Assembly: GCA_964016885.1 (NCBI GenBank)
Contig: OZ024740.1
Span: 120,094,001 to 120,158,000, forward strand
Reading direction: 5' to 3'
Source: Eledone cirrhosa
Lineage: Eukaryota
Length of the DNA: 64,000 bases
Shown here in pieces: positions 10,558 to 22,545 of this stretch; positions within the stretch are counted from its first letter, which is position 1; every line of letters starts with the position of its first letter. Position numbers and translations under genes: made by a program. The notes beneath the pieces were generated by a model. The model made no database searches and was not told the DNA's origin. It worked only from the letters and a program-made list of their open reading frames with translations.

Positions 10558-10977
10558 AGATTAAAACAAATTTAAAGGCACTATTTTTTGAAAGACTTGT
10601 TTGTATTTACAAAAATATATTTAATTTTCTTTCTTTTTTGATCTCCCATCAAAGAATATAATAGGTGGGTAGAAGATTTGGATAACTGAACTAACTGCAC
10701 CTTGAGATAAATCTATAATAGTTTAAAGAAAAGGCACAATACTTCGGGTACAAAAATAATAATGACTTCAAAATCTGTCAAAGGTCCAAGATTAGGTTTT
10801 AAATCTAAAAGATAATAAATGAACAAACCATGAGAAAAATAGTGGGAATGTTTCGCGAAAAAAAAAAAAAAAAATGACACTAAAGAAACAATATTTAGCA
10901 ATCACTGATTTGTCCAGAGAAATTGAGTAAACAACAGTAGTAAACAAAATTGTATGACATTGAAATACAGACTTGAT

Positions 10978-11997
10978 GAGATATAATGAAACAACATTGG
11001 TATCACAATATTGGGCTGGCAAAATCTAGTTAAACAGTGTTGGTACTGCAATATTGGCCTGGTCAGATATAGTCAAACAGCATTGATATTTCAATTCCTG
11101 TTCAGCAGGATATAGTCAAACACTGTCAGTATGACAATACTACACTGGTGTGATATTGTCCATATTACAACGCCAAGTAGGTAGGATATAGAAAAACATT
11201 GTTGGTACTGCAATACATGGCCAGCAAGATATAATCAAACAATATCCATGTCCTAATACCTGGCCGATGAGATATAATCAAGCATTGTCCATACCACAAT
11301 ACTAGGCTAGTGAAATACAAACATTTTTGGTACAGTAATACTGGGTTAGTGGTACATAGATAAACTTTGTTGGTACTGTAATACTGGGCAAATAAGATAC
11401 AATCAATCATCATCATCATTATTTCATCATTTCATTTTACGTCCGCTCTTTCCCTGCATGCAAGGGTGGGACGGGAACTGATTCTCGCTTGATTTCTACA
11501 GCTGGATGCCCTTCCTAACACCAACCTCATTTACAGTGAGTGCTGGGTGCTTTTTTGCCATTGCACCTCCACGACCACTTTACAGAGGAATGATAGGGAC
11601 TGGGGTCCCTATCATCTCATTTCTACAGCTGAGTAAACTGGAGCAATGTGAAATAAAGTGTCTTGCTCAAGGAAACAACACATCACCCGGTCTGAGAATT
11701 GAACTCACAACCTTTCGATTGCAAGGCCAATGCTCTAACCACTAAGCCATGTGCCTCCATTCTGCAATACCCATGTGGAGGGATATTGTAATGAAATATC
11801 CATGCTATAATACCAGGCTGGTGGGATATAGTTAAACAATGTCCATGCCATAATACCAGGCCAATGAGATATTGTCAAACAATGTCCATGCTGCAATACT
11901 GGCCCAGTGAGATATAGTCAAAAATTGTTGGTACCACAATACCGGACCAGGGAGATATACATCCATCATTGGTACCACAATATTGAGTTGGCAGGAA
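10978..11997. repeat. Diverged 43-bp minisatellite (~16 units) interrupted by a SINE
   Basis: Unit starts RGATATAGTCAAACA at about 11065, 11108, 11184, 11227, 11270, 11824, 11867, 11910 and 11953, mostly at 43-bp spacing. Confidence 0.85.
11406..11760 (-). mobile_element. SINE family A
   Basis: Same structure as 6253-6588, inserted into a minisatellite unit. Confidence 0.92.
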
Positions 11998-13845
11998 CAA
12001 AGCGTTAAAACAACCAATAAGAAAATGACAGCCTCTCGAAGATTGTTACTTTTAGAGAGGATGGAATGAAAATGTAATGGAAATTGACACCAGCTCTTAA
12101 TGCTGAATATTCCTAATTTCTATGAATTTTACAAGAAGGAAAGTTGTAAATACATATAGCAAACAGAAATACACGCCTACATACACAACATATTCCCCTA
12201 CTCACACAACATATTCCCCTACTCACATACTCACTCTCACTATATGTATACATATATGTTGATCAAAATTTACCAGGAAAGCTGTCACAGCTACTTCATT
12301 TTGGTTATGGCTATTTCACTTCCCTTCACTGCACTGCAATAATGTCCTTGTAAATGGCATAAATACCACACACCTCACTCCCCCCTCGCTTCACGTCAAT
12401 AGCACTTGTGATACATTTTTAGATAACTGGTCAAATAATTGACTTTATTTATTATGCTACCATGTGAGATAAACAAATGTTTATATATTATAAAACATTA
12501 CAAATGTTCACTATATAATAACAAAGCCAAAAGGTGAGCTACTGTTTTGTTACTTAACATATTAGAAATAGGTGACAACTTTCCCTCAAATCATGCCCTA
12601 TCATCTTAAAAAGGATTTATAGCATGATTTACTATTGTGTACATCATATTTAAAAATAAGGTGACCACCGTAGCTTGTTTTACCTTTAATCATAAATCTG
12701 ATCTGTGGCTGACCAGTAAGAAGCCCCAAGATAACTAAATGTGCAGCTGAAAATTCATGTTACCATGTTAAGTATATTATCCATTTATTGTTTTAATCAG
12801 GGTCTCTTAGATAGGTGAAATGGATAAAGGCAACTCCAAGCTAGAGATCTCGTCTGAATAATTTGAACAGAGTTGAATCTATTAAAGGCAGCCACGAGCA
12901 GGTTGGGGGTAGTGAACTGGTTGAAAAGATTAAGTTTAAAACCCAAGTAGGCGACTGTGGGATTTAAATTCAGAATGCAAAGAGACAGAAAAAAATGTGT
13001 CAAGTCATCTCTTCTGACATACTAATGAATAAATCAATCCACCACCCTAAAACTTTATTTTGTTTTATTTTCTTGACCTAAAAAATGAAAAGCAAAACTG
13101 AACTTAACAACATTTGAACTGTATGTGCTGAGAACTCATAGAGAAAGCACAAGGTGTTTAGTCCTATACTGTAGAGCCTGTCAATTTGTTTCCTATCTTA
13201 CCAATTAAGCAAAATATATTATTCAATAATTTGTTATAGTAGAGCATACATTATAGTATAACATTTTCGTCATTTTCCACATGAAAATATTTCATTGGTT
13301 TGTTGAAAGAAATTCTTGTTAGATATTTAAGTTTTCTTTTTAAAATGACCTCCAAAGTAATCCCTCCCTCCCTCAGAGTCTGGCAGCCTGATGGTAATGT
13401 CACAAGGGAGTATTATCTACAATATTCCCTTCGTTTTCATTCTCATAACAAAAAAAAAAAGTACAAACAATTATAGAAATGAACAAAATTAATTTCCAAA
13501 CCAAGTTTGAAAGCCACTGTAGGAAAAAATAGGTTTATTTTTGGTAAATATTCCAGTGAAGATATCTATTTATAAACATATTGCTTAAAAAGAAAACCCC
13601 AAAAGAGAAATAATACTATTACTATAAAAGTTACATATAAAAAATAAGTCCTTTTTTGCAACAGACATCGAATCTACATTAAAAATGTATACATATAAAA
13701 GGACATATAAATTACTTTGACTGGCTTCCAAGTTATAAAGATGTATCTAGGTTTGTAGAATATGTTCTGCATATAGTGAATACACATACATATGAATGTA
13801 AGACTATATATATGTGTATATATATATATATATATATGCACACAA

Positions 13846-13885
<40 letters not shown>

Positions 13886-14171
13886 TAAAACAGAAAACAA
13901 AAACAAAGCAAAGAGTGCAGTACAAAGTGTTAGTATTAGGTTCACGTTTGAGAGTAGGGGGAGGGCACACAAACACACACACACACATATATATATATAT
14001 ATGTATACAGAATATAAAACAATCAAATTTTTGTTTAATGCATTTAATTGCTGACGATTATTTCATCCAGACAACTGTCTGGAATCATCGGAGCTTACAC
14101 AATGTTTAAACAAGTCTTTACATTCGTAGTCATTAGAACATTCATTAAGATACATTATTATTAACAGTGTC

Positions 14172-14351
14172 GGTGGATTGGCAGTATCGGTAGAGGGTAT
14201 ATCGCATGCTTTGCAACACAGTTACGTCCCTTTACGGACTGAGTTCAAATCCTGCCGAGGTTAACTTTGCCTTTCATCCTTACGGGGTCAATAAAATAAA
14301 GTACCAGCAATGCACTGGGTAATTGCTGGCCTTGTGCCAAAAATAGAAACA
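14172..14351 (+). mobile_element. SINE family B (near full length)
   Basis: GGTGGATTGGCAGTATCGG...GAGTTCAAATCC...TTGCCTTTCATCCTTACGGGGTC...TAGAAAC. Direct repeat ATTATTATTAACAGTGTC at 14154-14171 and 14352-14369. Confidence 0.9.
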
Positions 14352-14387
14352 ATTATTATTAACAGTGTCAGTGACACTGTTAATAAT

Positions 14388-14499
14388 TGTTTCTACTTTA
14401 GGCACAAGGCCAGCAATTACCCAGCGCATTGCTGGTACTTTATTTTATTGACCCCGTAAGGATGAAAGGCAAAGTTAACCTCGATGGGATTTGAACTCA
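14388..14499 (-). mobile_element. SINE family B (5'-truncated), tail-to-tail with the previous copy
   Basis: Reverse complement of the family B body. Direct repeat GACACTGTTAATAAT at 14373-14387 and 14500-14514. Confidence 0.9.
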
Positions 14500-14932
14500 G
14501 ACACTGTTAATAATAATGTATCTATAAAAATTTGTTTTATATTGTGTATTTCTACTCTGTCATATATCTGATAATTTACATTGAATTAATTTTCTTACTG
14601 GTAATTAGGTAATACAATATATTACCCTTTCTAATTATTTATAATTGTATATAGATTGTATATATAAGTATAAATACTATTATAATAATTATATATATAT
14701 ATATATATATTTCGTTTCTGAATTTGTTTAGCAAGATTCTTTATCTGAAATCGTGTGTTGAAACCGATATGGTTATACTTTGGGAGGATCATGTTGCCAA
14801 TAAGAAACACACGCACCAGTTGCTTTCACTTCAATTTATTATATATTTATAAATTTATAAATTTACAAATCTACAAACTTATAAATTTCTGGTTGGTTGG
14901 TTGGTTCCACAACCAGATAGTTGTTTATATAT

Positions 14933-14977
14933 AGTCATAGTCCTTTCGTCACACACTCTGTGACCTCTTCAGTGACT
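14933..14977 (-). ncRNA. Minimal type I hammerhead ribozyme motif
   Basis: Minus strand: AGTCA-CTGAAGA-G-GTCAC(agagtgt)GTGAC-GAAA-GGAC-TA-TGACT. Stem I is AGTCA/TGACT, stem II is GTCAC/GTGAC with one unpaired G, and stem III is minimal. Confidence 0.7.
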
Positions 14978-15278
14978 GGGGATTCCTTTCTTTGTTTCTG
15001 TGCCTTTCCTTTCTTCTATCCTATGCCATTTTGTTTCTGTGTGTGTGTTGTGTGCTCAGTTTGCGCATGCGCCACATCCGGGTGTCTGTGTGTGTTTGTG
15101 TTCATTTATCTATTTGTTTATTTATTTATTTATTTATTGTTGGTTGGTTGTTTGTTCTATGTGTGTGTGTGTTTTCATTTTGTCCTGTGTGTGTTTTCAT
15201 TTTGTCCTTAATTGTAAGTTGTTTGTTCTATGTGTGTGTGTGTTTTCATTTTGTCCTGTGTGTGTTTTCATTTTGTCC

Positions 15279-16290
15279 TTAATTGTAAGTTGTGATGTTG
15301 CTGTTCCACTCATATTTTCTATTTAATTTTGGTTTTAATTCTTTTATGCTTACTGCCTCTGTAATTTGCCTAAACATTGTGTCTTTTCTGTGTGTGGATT
15401 CTATTTTTATTTCTATGTTCTCTAATCTACCCCTGTGTTCTATCTTAGCATGTTGGTAGAGCACAGATGATTCTTTATTATCTTGGAGGTCTCGCCAGTG
15501 TTCATTTATTCGTTCCCCTATACTACGAGCTGTCTCACCTATGTACACTATATTTTTGTTTCTACATTGTCCTTCAGTACATCTTATGTTATACACTACA
15601 TTTCTAGTTTTACAGTTAATATGGGGGCTTATTTTACAGGTTATACATTTCTTATCTATACATGAGGGTCTTTGGAATGGGTATGTCTTGCTAATAAGTG
15701 TTTTTACGGAGGTACCTGGTCTTTCTACTATCTTAATATTGAGATTATGTTTATTTAGGGCCCTTCTAAATTTGTAGGCTAGTTCGCCTCTAGGGGTTGT
15801 ATTGATGAACATTACACTCTGGTATTTATTGCTATCATACCATGAGTTTATTCTATTGGCCTTGTTCCTAGTTCTTTCTATTCTATTCCAAAATTTGCTC
15901 CTATACAAGGGGCAGGTCCCATTTAAGTCATTATTTACCATTTTTTCCCATTTGGTTCTGGCTCCTTTATACACTCTGATTCTATCTCTCTGATTGTAGC
16001 CAGAGAACTGCATACGGTGGATGAAGTGTTGTATGTGTCTCTCTAGTTCTTCGGGGTTGCACATGTGGGACACATTTCTCATCACCCGAACCAAATCCGC
16101 AATCAGTATGTTGATTTTGGTATGGTCCGAAATGGCCGAGTTTCGGTGGATCAGATGTTTGGAAGTCATGGGTTTGGCATAATGGGAATGGTGGATTTGT
16201 TTTTGGTTGTTAATGGTATCTAACCAGAGCTCTGTGTCTAGTACAGGTAATCGATGGTTGGGGTGTCTACTTGGGTAGTCTATAGTAACT
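15279..16290 (-). CDS. Penelope-like RT thumb + GIY-YIG endonuclease (partial, frame open)
   Basis: C-x-D-x2-C-x2-C...CKTRNVVYNIRC...YIGETARSIGERINEH...LYQH...RQITEAVSI...PKLNRKYEW in ORF 15279..16169. The frame continues upstream (VTIDYPSRHP). Confidence 0.88.
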
Positions 16291-16718
16291 CTTTGGCGCT
16301 ACACAGTCATACAGAAGACCCGCCTTACCTAAGTACAAAGTGAAACCTACAGTCAATAGGCACCTCTAACAAAATAACCCCCCCCTCGTCGAACTACCCC
16401 CACCTCATCCATACCACCCCCTTAAATGTGAAGTTATGTTGGTACCACAACATCCAGTCCAAAACAAATGAGGTCGTGGAGGTGTCACGACAAAAAAACA
16501 CACAGTCCATGCTGTAATGTGGCCGTGTAGGTAACACGGTAAAAACCTCCCAGTCCACACTGTAAACGTGGTTGGTGTTAGGAAGGGCATCCAGCCGTAG
16601 CAAACCCACCAGACAGTCCTATACGAGCAAGACAACCACTCTTGCCTCAAGTGGGAAAACTCCCGTCCAAACCCATGCAAGCGTGGAAGATGGACGTTAA
16701 ACGATGATGATGATGATG
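16291..16718 (+). mobile_element. 3' end of RTE subfamily B with multi-module 3'UTR and (GAT)n tail
   Basis: LWRYTVIQKTRLT*, then modules, GGAAGGGCATCC, GGACGTTAAAC(GAT)n. Parallels 17140-17840. Confidence 0.85.
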
Positions 16719-16767
16719 GCACATACATATATATACACACACATATATACACGCATGTATATATATA

Positions 16768-17115
16768 TCATCATCATCATCATCATCATCATTTTACGTC
16801 TACTTTTCCCTGCTTGCAAGGGTGGGACGGGAACTGATTCTGGCTTGATTTCTACAGCTGGATGCCCTTCCTAACACCAACCTCATTTACAGTGAGTGCT
16901 GGGTGCTTTTTTGCCGTGGCACCTCCACGACCACTTTGCAGTGGAATGATATGGACCCCAGTCCTTATCATCTCATTTCTACAGCTGAGTAAACTGGAGC
17001 AATGTGAAATAAAGTGTCTTGCTCAAGGAAACAACACATCACCCGGTCTGAGAATTGAACTCACAACCTTTCGATTGCAAGGCCAATGCTCTAACCACTA
17101 AGCCATGTGCCTCCA
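16768..17115 (-). mobile_element. SINE family A
   Basis: Closely similar to 11406-11760. Confidence 0.92.
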
Positions 17116-17139
17116 TATATATATAAATATACATACATA

Positions 17140-17840
17140 TAGTAATATACGTGAACGGCAAAGCATAAACGAACTAAGGAAAAAATTAGAAATAAGAGGG
17201 ATCAGATGTTGTTTACTCGAGAGAAGGCTACGTTGGTATGGACACGTGATGCGCATGAAAGTCGATAGCTGTATAACAAAGTGCAGGGCAATAAAGATAG
17301 ACGGTAGCCACGGAATAGGCAGACCTAGAAAAACCTGGGACAAGCTGATAAACTCCGACCTCACACACTTACACCTCTCCAAGACAATGTCTCTGGACCG
17401 AGACCTTTGGCGGTACTCAGTAATAGAGAAGACCCGCCTCACCTAAATACATAGTAAAACCTACTACAGTCAGTAGGCATCTCTAACAAAATACACCCCC
17501 GTCCCACCACCCCCACCCCATCCTCACCGCCCCCTTCTATGTAAAGTTATGTTGGTGCCACACCATCCAGGCCGAAACAAATGAGATCGTGTAGGTGTCA
17601 CGACAAAAAAACACACAGTCCACGCTGTAATGTGGCCGTATAGGCAACACGGTAAAAACCTCCCAGACCCACACTGTAAATGTGGTTGGTGTTAGGAAGG
17701 GCATCCAACTGTAGAAAACCTGCCAGACAGTCCTATGCGAGCAAGACAATCACTCTTGCCTCAAGTGGGAAAACCCCTGTCCAAACCCATGCAAGCGTGG
17801 AACACGGACGTTAAACGTTGATGATGATGATGATGATGAT
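17140..17840 (+). mobile_element. 3' part of RTE subfamily B with multi-module 3'UTR
   Basis: SNIRERQSINELRKKL...RRLRWYGHV...GRPRKTW...EKTRLT*, followed by the same 3'UTR as 16291-16718. Confidence 0.88.
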
Positions 17841-17906
17841 ATATACATACATTATATATACACACATATATATATATATACACATGCATATATATATACA
17901 CACATG

Positions 17907-17942
<36 letters not shown>

Positions 17943-18205
17943 TATATATACACACATGTATATATATATATATACACACACAGACATATATATATATATA
18001 TACACATACATATATACAAATATATACATATATATATACACATATATATTTATATATACATATATTTATATATACACATGTTTACACATATGTATACATA
18101 TATTCATATATACATACATATATATATACATATATGTGATAACATACACACACACACATAAAGATTTTTATATATATGGAGAGAGAGAGGGAGAGATAGA
18201 TAGAT
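17841..18205. repeat. Compound (TA)n/(CA)n/(GA)n microsatellite
   Basis: Directly visible. Confidence 0.95.
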
Positions 18206-18207
18206 GT

Positions 18208-19200
18208 GTATAAAAGATTTGTCCCTAACGTAAGGGTAATGATTTTCTTAAGTATGACATAGTAGTGTAGCACTCCATTGATGTATACAGGCATGTTTTC
18301 TTCATGAGCATACTTGTTTTAACATGATTGATTAAGTCAGTTGGGAGTTATTGCTGTTTATGTACAGACGTGTTTATAACCTCTGTTTCGTTTTCAATGC
18401 ATGAAACTATTGAACAATGCAACACGATCAAATTTTTTGTTAAACTTAATAAATCTGGCATCAAAACATTTAATTCTTTAACAGCTTATCTCAACAGAGT
18501 AGATGCCACTCTGTTGAGAAGTAAGGTTTTACCTGGCACAAGACTTTCAAAGTGAACTGAGAAAATGCTGAATAAGAACCCCCTTCTGTAAAATGAATCT
18601 CGTCAACAAATGAAAAAATGTGGGACTGGTGCGAGTGATGATGGCAAAAGATCATCGATTATGTGTGAGGATGATTTCAGAAGTAACAGGTTTGGATATA
18701 ACTGCAGTTCACAGAATTTTAGCAGATCATTTGCACATAAAAAAACTAATGCCCAACCAACTGGCTGTGGAACAAACAGCAAATCGGCTGCAAATTTGTT
18801 AAGACAAACTAGAAAGAATGAAACTTGAGCCAAATTTATTAGATAAATTAATAAAAGGAAATGAATCATGGGTGTTTGAGTACAATCCAGAAACTACATG
18901 GCAAAGTGAAGAGTAGCACACGAAAAATTCTCCTTGTCTGAAGACAGCATGCATGAGCAGACCCTGTGTGAAAATGATGATCACTTTTTTGACAGCCATG
19001 AACAGACAGTTAATCACACCTACAAAGATTTTTTAGACTAAAATGTGTCTGAAAGGGCATTGCAGGAGATGGGGTACTGCATGACAATAATGTGCCTGCT
19101 CACACAGCACCTTAAATTAAAAAATTTCCAGTGAAAAACATTTCCACTCTTTCACATCTTCCCTACAGTTCAGATCTAGGTCCATGTAATTTCTCCCTCC
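18208..19200 (+). mobile_element. Degraded mariner transposon
   Basis: MHETIEQCNTIKFFVKLNKS, GNESWVFEYNPET and LPYSSDLGPCNF fragments with many stops and frameshifts. Confidence 0.75.
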
Positions 19201-19697
19201 TGGGACTGTGGATAACATTTTATTCAAAAGCTACTTTAAGAAAATGAAGTGATACAACAAATCAGAAGTATTCATTGAGTTATAAACACAGTTCATTTAG
19301 AAGATATTTCCTTCTGTTGATCATTTTTCCTAAGGAAAATATTATAAATTATGTAAGAAAGATAAGTATACTGTAAAACTATTGTGATTGTTCAAATTAT
19401 CTGTTCTATCAAACCTAGCGTGGGAAAATATATTTAAAATAAGAGTTATTTCAAATAACAATTTGCAATATAAATTTGAAAGAATATTTTTCTAAGAAAT
19501 CTCTTTTTCTCATATCTTGTATTCAAGGCTTATTTCTCCATGTAATTTGTATGCCAAATATGCATGCTTCTAAAGAAATTCATAATAAAGATACATTTAA
19601 TTTTTATTCCTACTAAATTTGTAATTCCTCTTTACAAACTGCAATTTCCATTTAACATATCTATAAACGGAATCCTAAAATAAATAATTGAATGATG

Positions 19698-19740
<43 letters not shown>

Positions 19741-21734
19741 TGTAAACACCAAAACATTATTTCAAATTTAATATTCACAAAGAATTCTATTTTTTAGTAT
19801 ATACAAGTTATTTATTGGAAGCAAAACAACATACGATTATGTAATATTGGCAATAATAATAATATCCTATATTTTCATAATGCCCTACATTTCAGAGAAC
19901 GATATACTGAATTCAATGAATGCAGTATATACTGGTATTTATAACCTCAATTATGAATGATAAAACACAAAGGTGACTCTGGCAATATTAAAATCAAAAT
20001 GCTGAAGAAAGGGTGACCAAATAATATAAAACAGTGTGATCTCTCACTCAACAGCAGTGTCTATCTGTCTTAACCATTCTATCTTTACATCTATCAGAAA
20101 CATAGCTTTGTTAAGTTTTGTTAGAAAAACTAACTATTAATCTTGTGGTCCATAAAATAATGGGGTATGTTTTTGTTGCTTATCATATAACAAGGTCATT
20201 CAGATTTGGACAGAAGATAGATTCTTAGACACCTGTATTTGATGATAACTTATTTTATTCGATGAAACATAGAGCTTTGCACTTAATTATTGGGCTCATG
20301 ATCATAAGCATATGGGTTTGATTCCTAAATTGGTCACTGTATTGTGTCCTAGAACAAGACCTTTCATTTCACATTGCTTACTACCACCCAGCTAAGAAAT
20401 TGAGTACCAGCAGTGATGTCAACATTTCATAAATTGAAGATGGGGTATTCTTATAAATAGCTTTCCTATAAACAATGTGAAGGGACCTGTCTTAGTAGGT
20501 AGGGATTTGCATTTGATTGCACTTTGTGTTCATGAGCAAATGTTTAATTTCATGTTTTTCATGATAAAACTGGGGCCCCTATCAATAAAACACCAGAGAA
20601 ACCTCTTATGAGATAAAAGTGTTTAGGAGGCTAGTTAAATCTATATAGGTGAGAGCTGTTGATTTGATTTCATTCTCATTCCAAATGATAGCGTCAAAAA
20701 ATTCTTCTAGTTTTAACCACTTCTTTTGCATTTTCCATTGTATTTTCAGTATTTCTAACCTTAGAAATGTTTCCAGAACCTACACAGTTCATACAGCATA
20801 TCATTTCACACATGTCTGAAAGCTATCACTAATGTTCCCCAACGTACTGATGATAAGTATGCTTTCTAGTGCACATTCTTTCTCCATTTTCATTGAAACA
20901 TGCTGCATTGACAAAAATACGAGCCTGTTTTACAACATTGTGCTTTAATGTTTCTCTAGGCATTTCTATTATTTTCTCTTTTCTTCTTTCTGTATCTATA
21001 CATGTTGCTTTCACATAGACATGAATGAACATTCCGTTATATCATGAGCTATTGATATTTATTGGCTTTTGGCAACCACTAGCTCTTCAAAGTTGACTAC
21101 TGTTGACATTTCTTGGCCTTGGGTAGCTGACTCTTGTCAATAGTATGTTGGCTTTAATCAGCGAACAAAGTTTCTCTCTATTATGTAAATATTTGTTCTA
21201 ATAGTTTTATAAATAAAGTTGAAGTGATATCTTACTATGAAAGTTTTCCTTTATTTCCATGTTTTGTAGACTTATATAAGTCCCTATCTACCCAGAACTT
21301 TTAAATTATCCTCTTGCAATAATTATAATAATATTAACGATTTGCTTTCTTTGAATGCAACAATAATGATGATGATAGTGATGAGGATTTCTTTCCTTGA
21401 TCACAAAAGAAAAAATAATACAGAGTGGGGTTTACATTGAGTAAAGGAAATGAAACATGACTAAAGAGAAAACTGTAGGTATAACAATAATAGAAACTGA
21501 AATAAATATCATGATAATAATAGAAAACACATTCTTGATAGCAGCCATAGACTTACAAAGTCGGTTAATGGTCTCCCAGAATATTTAATTTGTTGATCTG
21601 AAGTTGAATTCCAGCTTAACCGCAGAATCTTCCTATGTCTTAACTTTGGATACCTTTACTGTCTCTGCTGCAACTGTTCATGCTTGCTTCTAATGCAAGT
21701 GCAAGAAGATGGACTTGTTTCTAAGCCAAACATT

Positions 21735-22545
21735 CTAAGCCTAGATGACTATTGGGAATGATAATCCCAATTTTCAAAAAGAAGGACAAGAGAGATTGCT
21801 CTCTTATAGAGGTATCTCCTTGTTAAGCCTCCCCAGTAAAATGTATGTTAAGTGTCTGGCAAAGAGATATAGGAATATTGTTGAGCCTAAGCTAGTCGAT
21901 GAAGAGTGTGGTTTTAATCCCAGACACAGCACAGCCAACAATATAGTCACATTGCAGCAGGTCTTCAAGAAATCACAAGAATATTGGCAAGAGTTGTATG
22001 CTTGTTTCGTAGACCAGGAACAATGTCCTGTTATGGAAAGTTCGGTAGGAGTATGGGATCGATATACAGCTTCTTGGTGCCCTGAAGTCCCTATATGAAT
22101 GTCCTAATATTTGAGTTCAGATAAATGGTGCTAAGTCAAAACCATTCAATGTGGGTGTCAAACTCCATCAAGGGTATATACTGTCACCTCTCCTGTACAT
22201 AATCTTCATGAACAGGATTGACATGCATAGTTGGGTTGGAAATGCTATGAAAATTGGCAGGTTTAGGATCAATCAGCTGGAATATGCAAACGACATGATA
22301 TTACATAATTCATCAGCAAGTGAATTGATAGATCTCAGCTCCAATACTATAGATGTGGTCAGAATGTCTAAGGAAAGAATCGCCGGAGAGATTTTACAGG
22401 CAAAACCAAACAGGAGATCCAGAGATAGACCTTAAGCAAGGTGGTTGGATAACATCCATGGGCTTGGCACATCTAAGTGGGACAGAAAGAAGCTGTACTA
22501 AGATCTAGAGTTTGAAATGAAGATGATGGGAAATATGAAAGCCAA
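21735..22545 (+). mobile_element. Degraded RTE-clade LINE
   Basis: YRGISLLSLPSKMY, ECGF, KLHQGYILSPLLY, YAND motifs. Confidence 0.75.

Larger units (their letters stand above)
14715..16290 (-). mobile_element. Penelope-like retroelement, 5'-truncated, with pLTR
   Basis: RT C-terminus (RLPVLDTELW...YAKPM) and GIY-YIG endonuclease, followed by a non-coding tail containing a hammerhead motif. Confidence 0.9.

Noticed and set aside
11688-11760. tRNA gene (also 6516-6588, 17043-17115, 1425-1458)
   Set aside because: A/B boxes are present, but the acceptor and anticodon stems do not close and the sequence continues into a SINE body.
10978-11997. Possible CRISPR-like array
   Set aside because: The whole 43-bp unit is homologous, with no constant repeat plus unique spacer. 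There are no cas genes and the context is eukaryotic.
20760-21120. Possible Tc1/mariner C-terminal remnant on the minus strand
   Set aside because: Only vague similarity (EMPRETLKHNVVKQ...NENG); no catalytic motif or TIR is recognisable.
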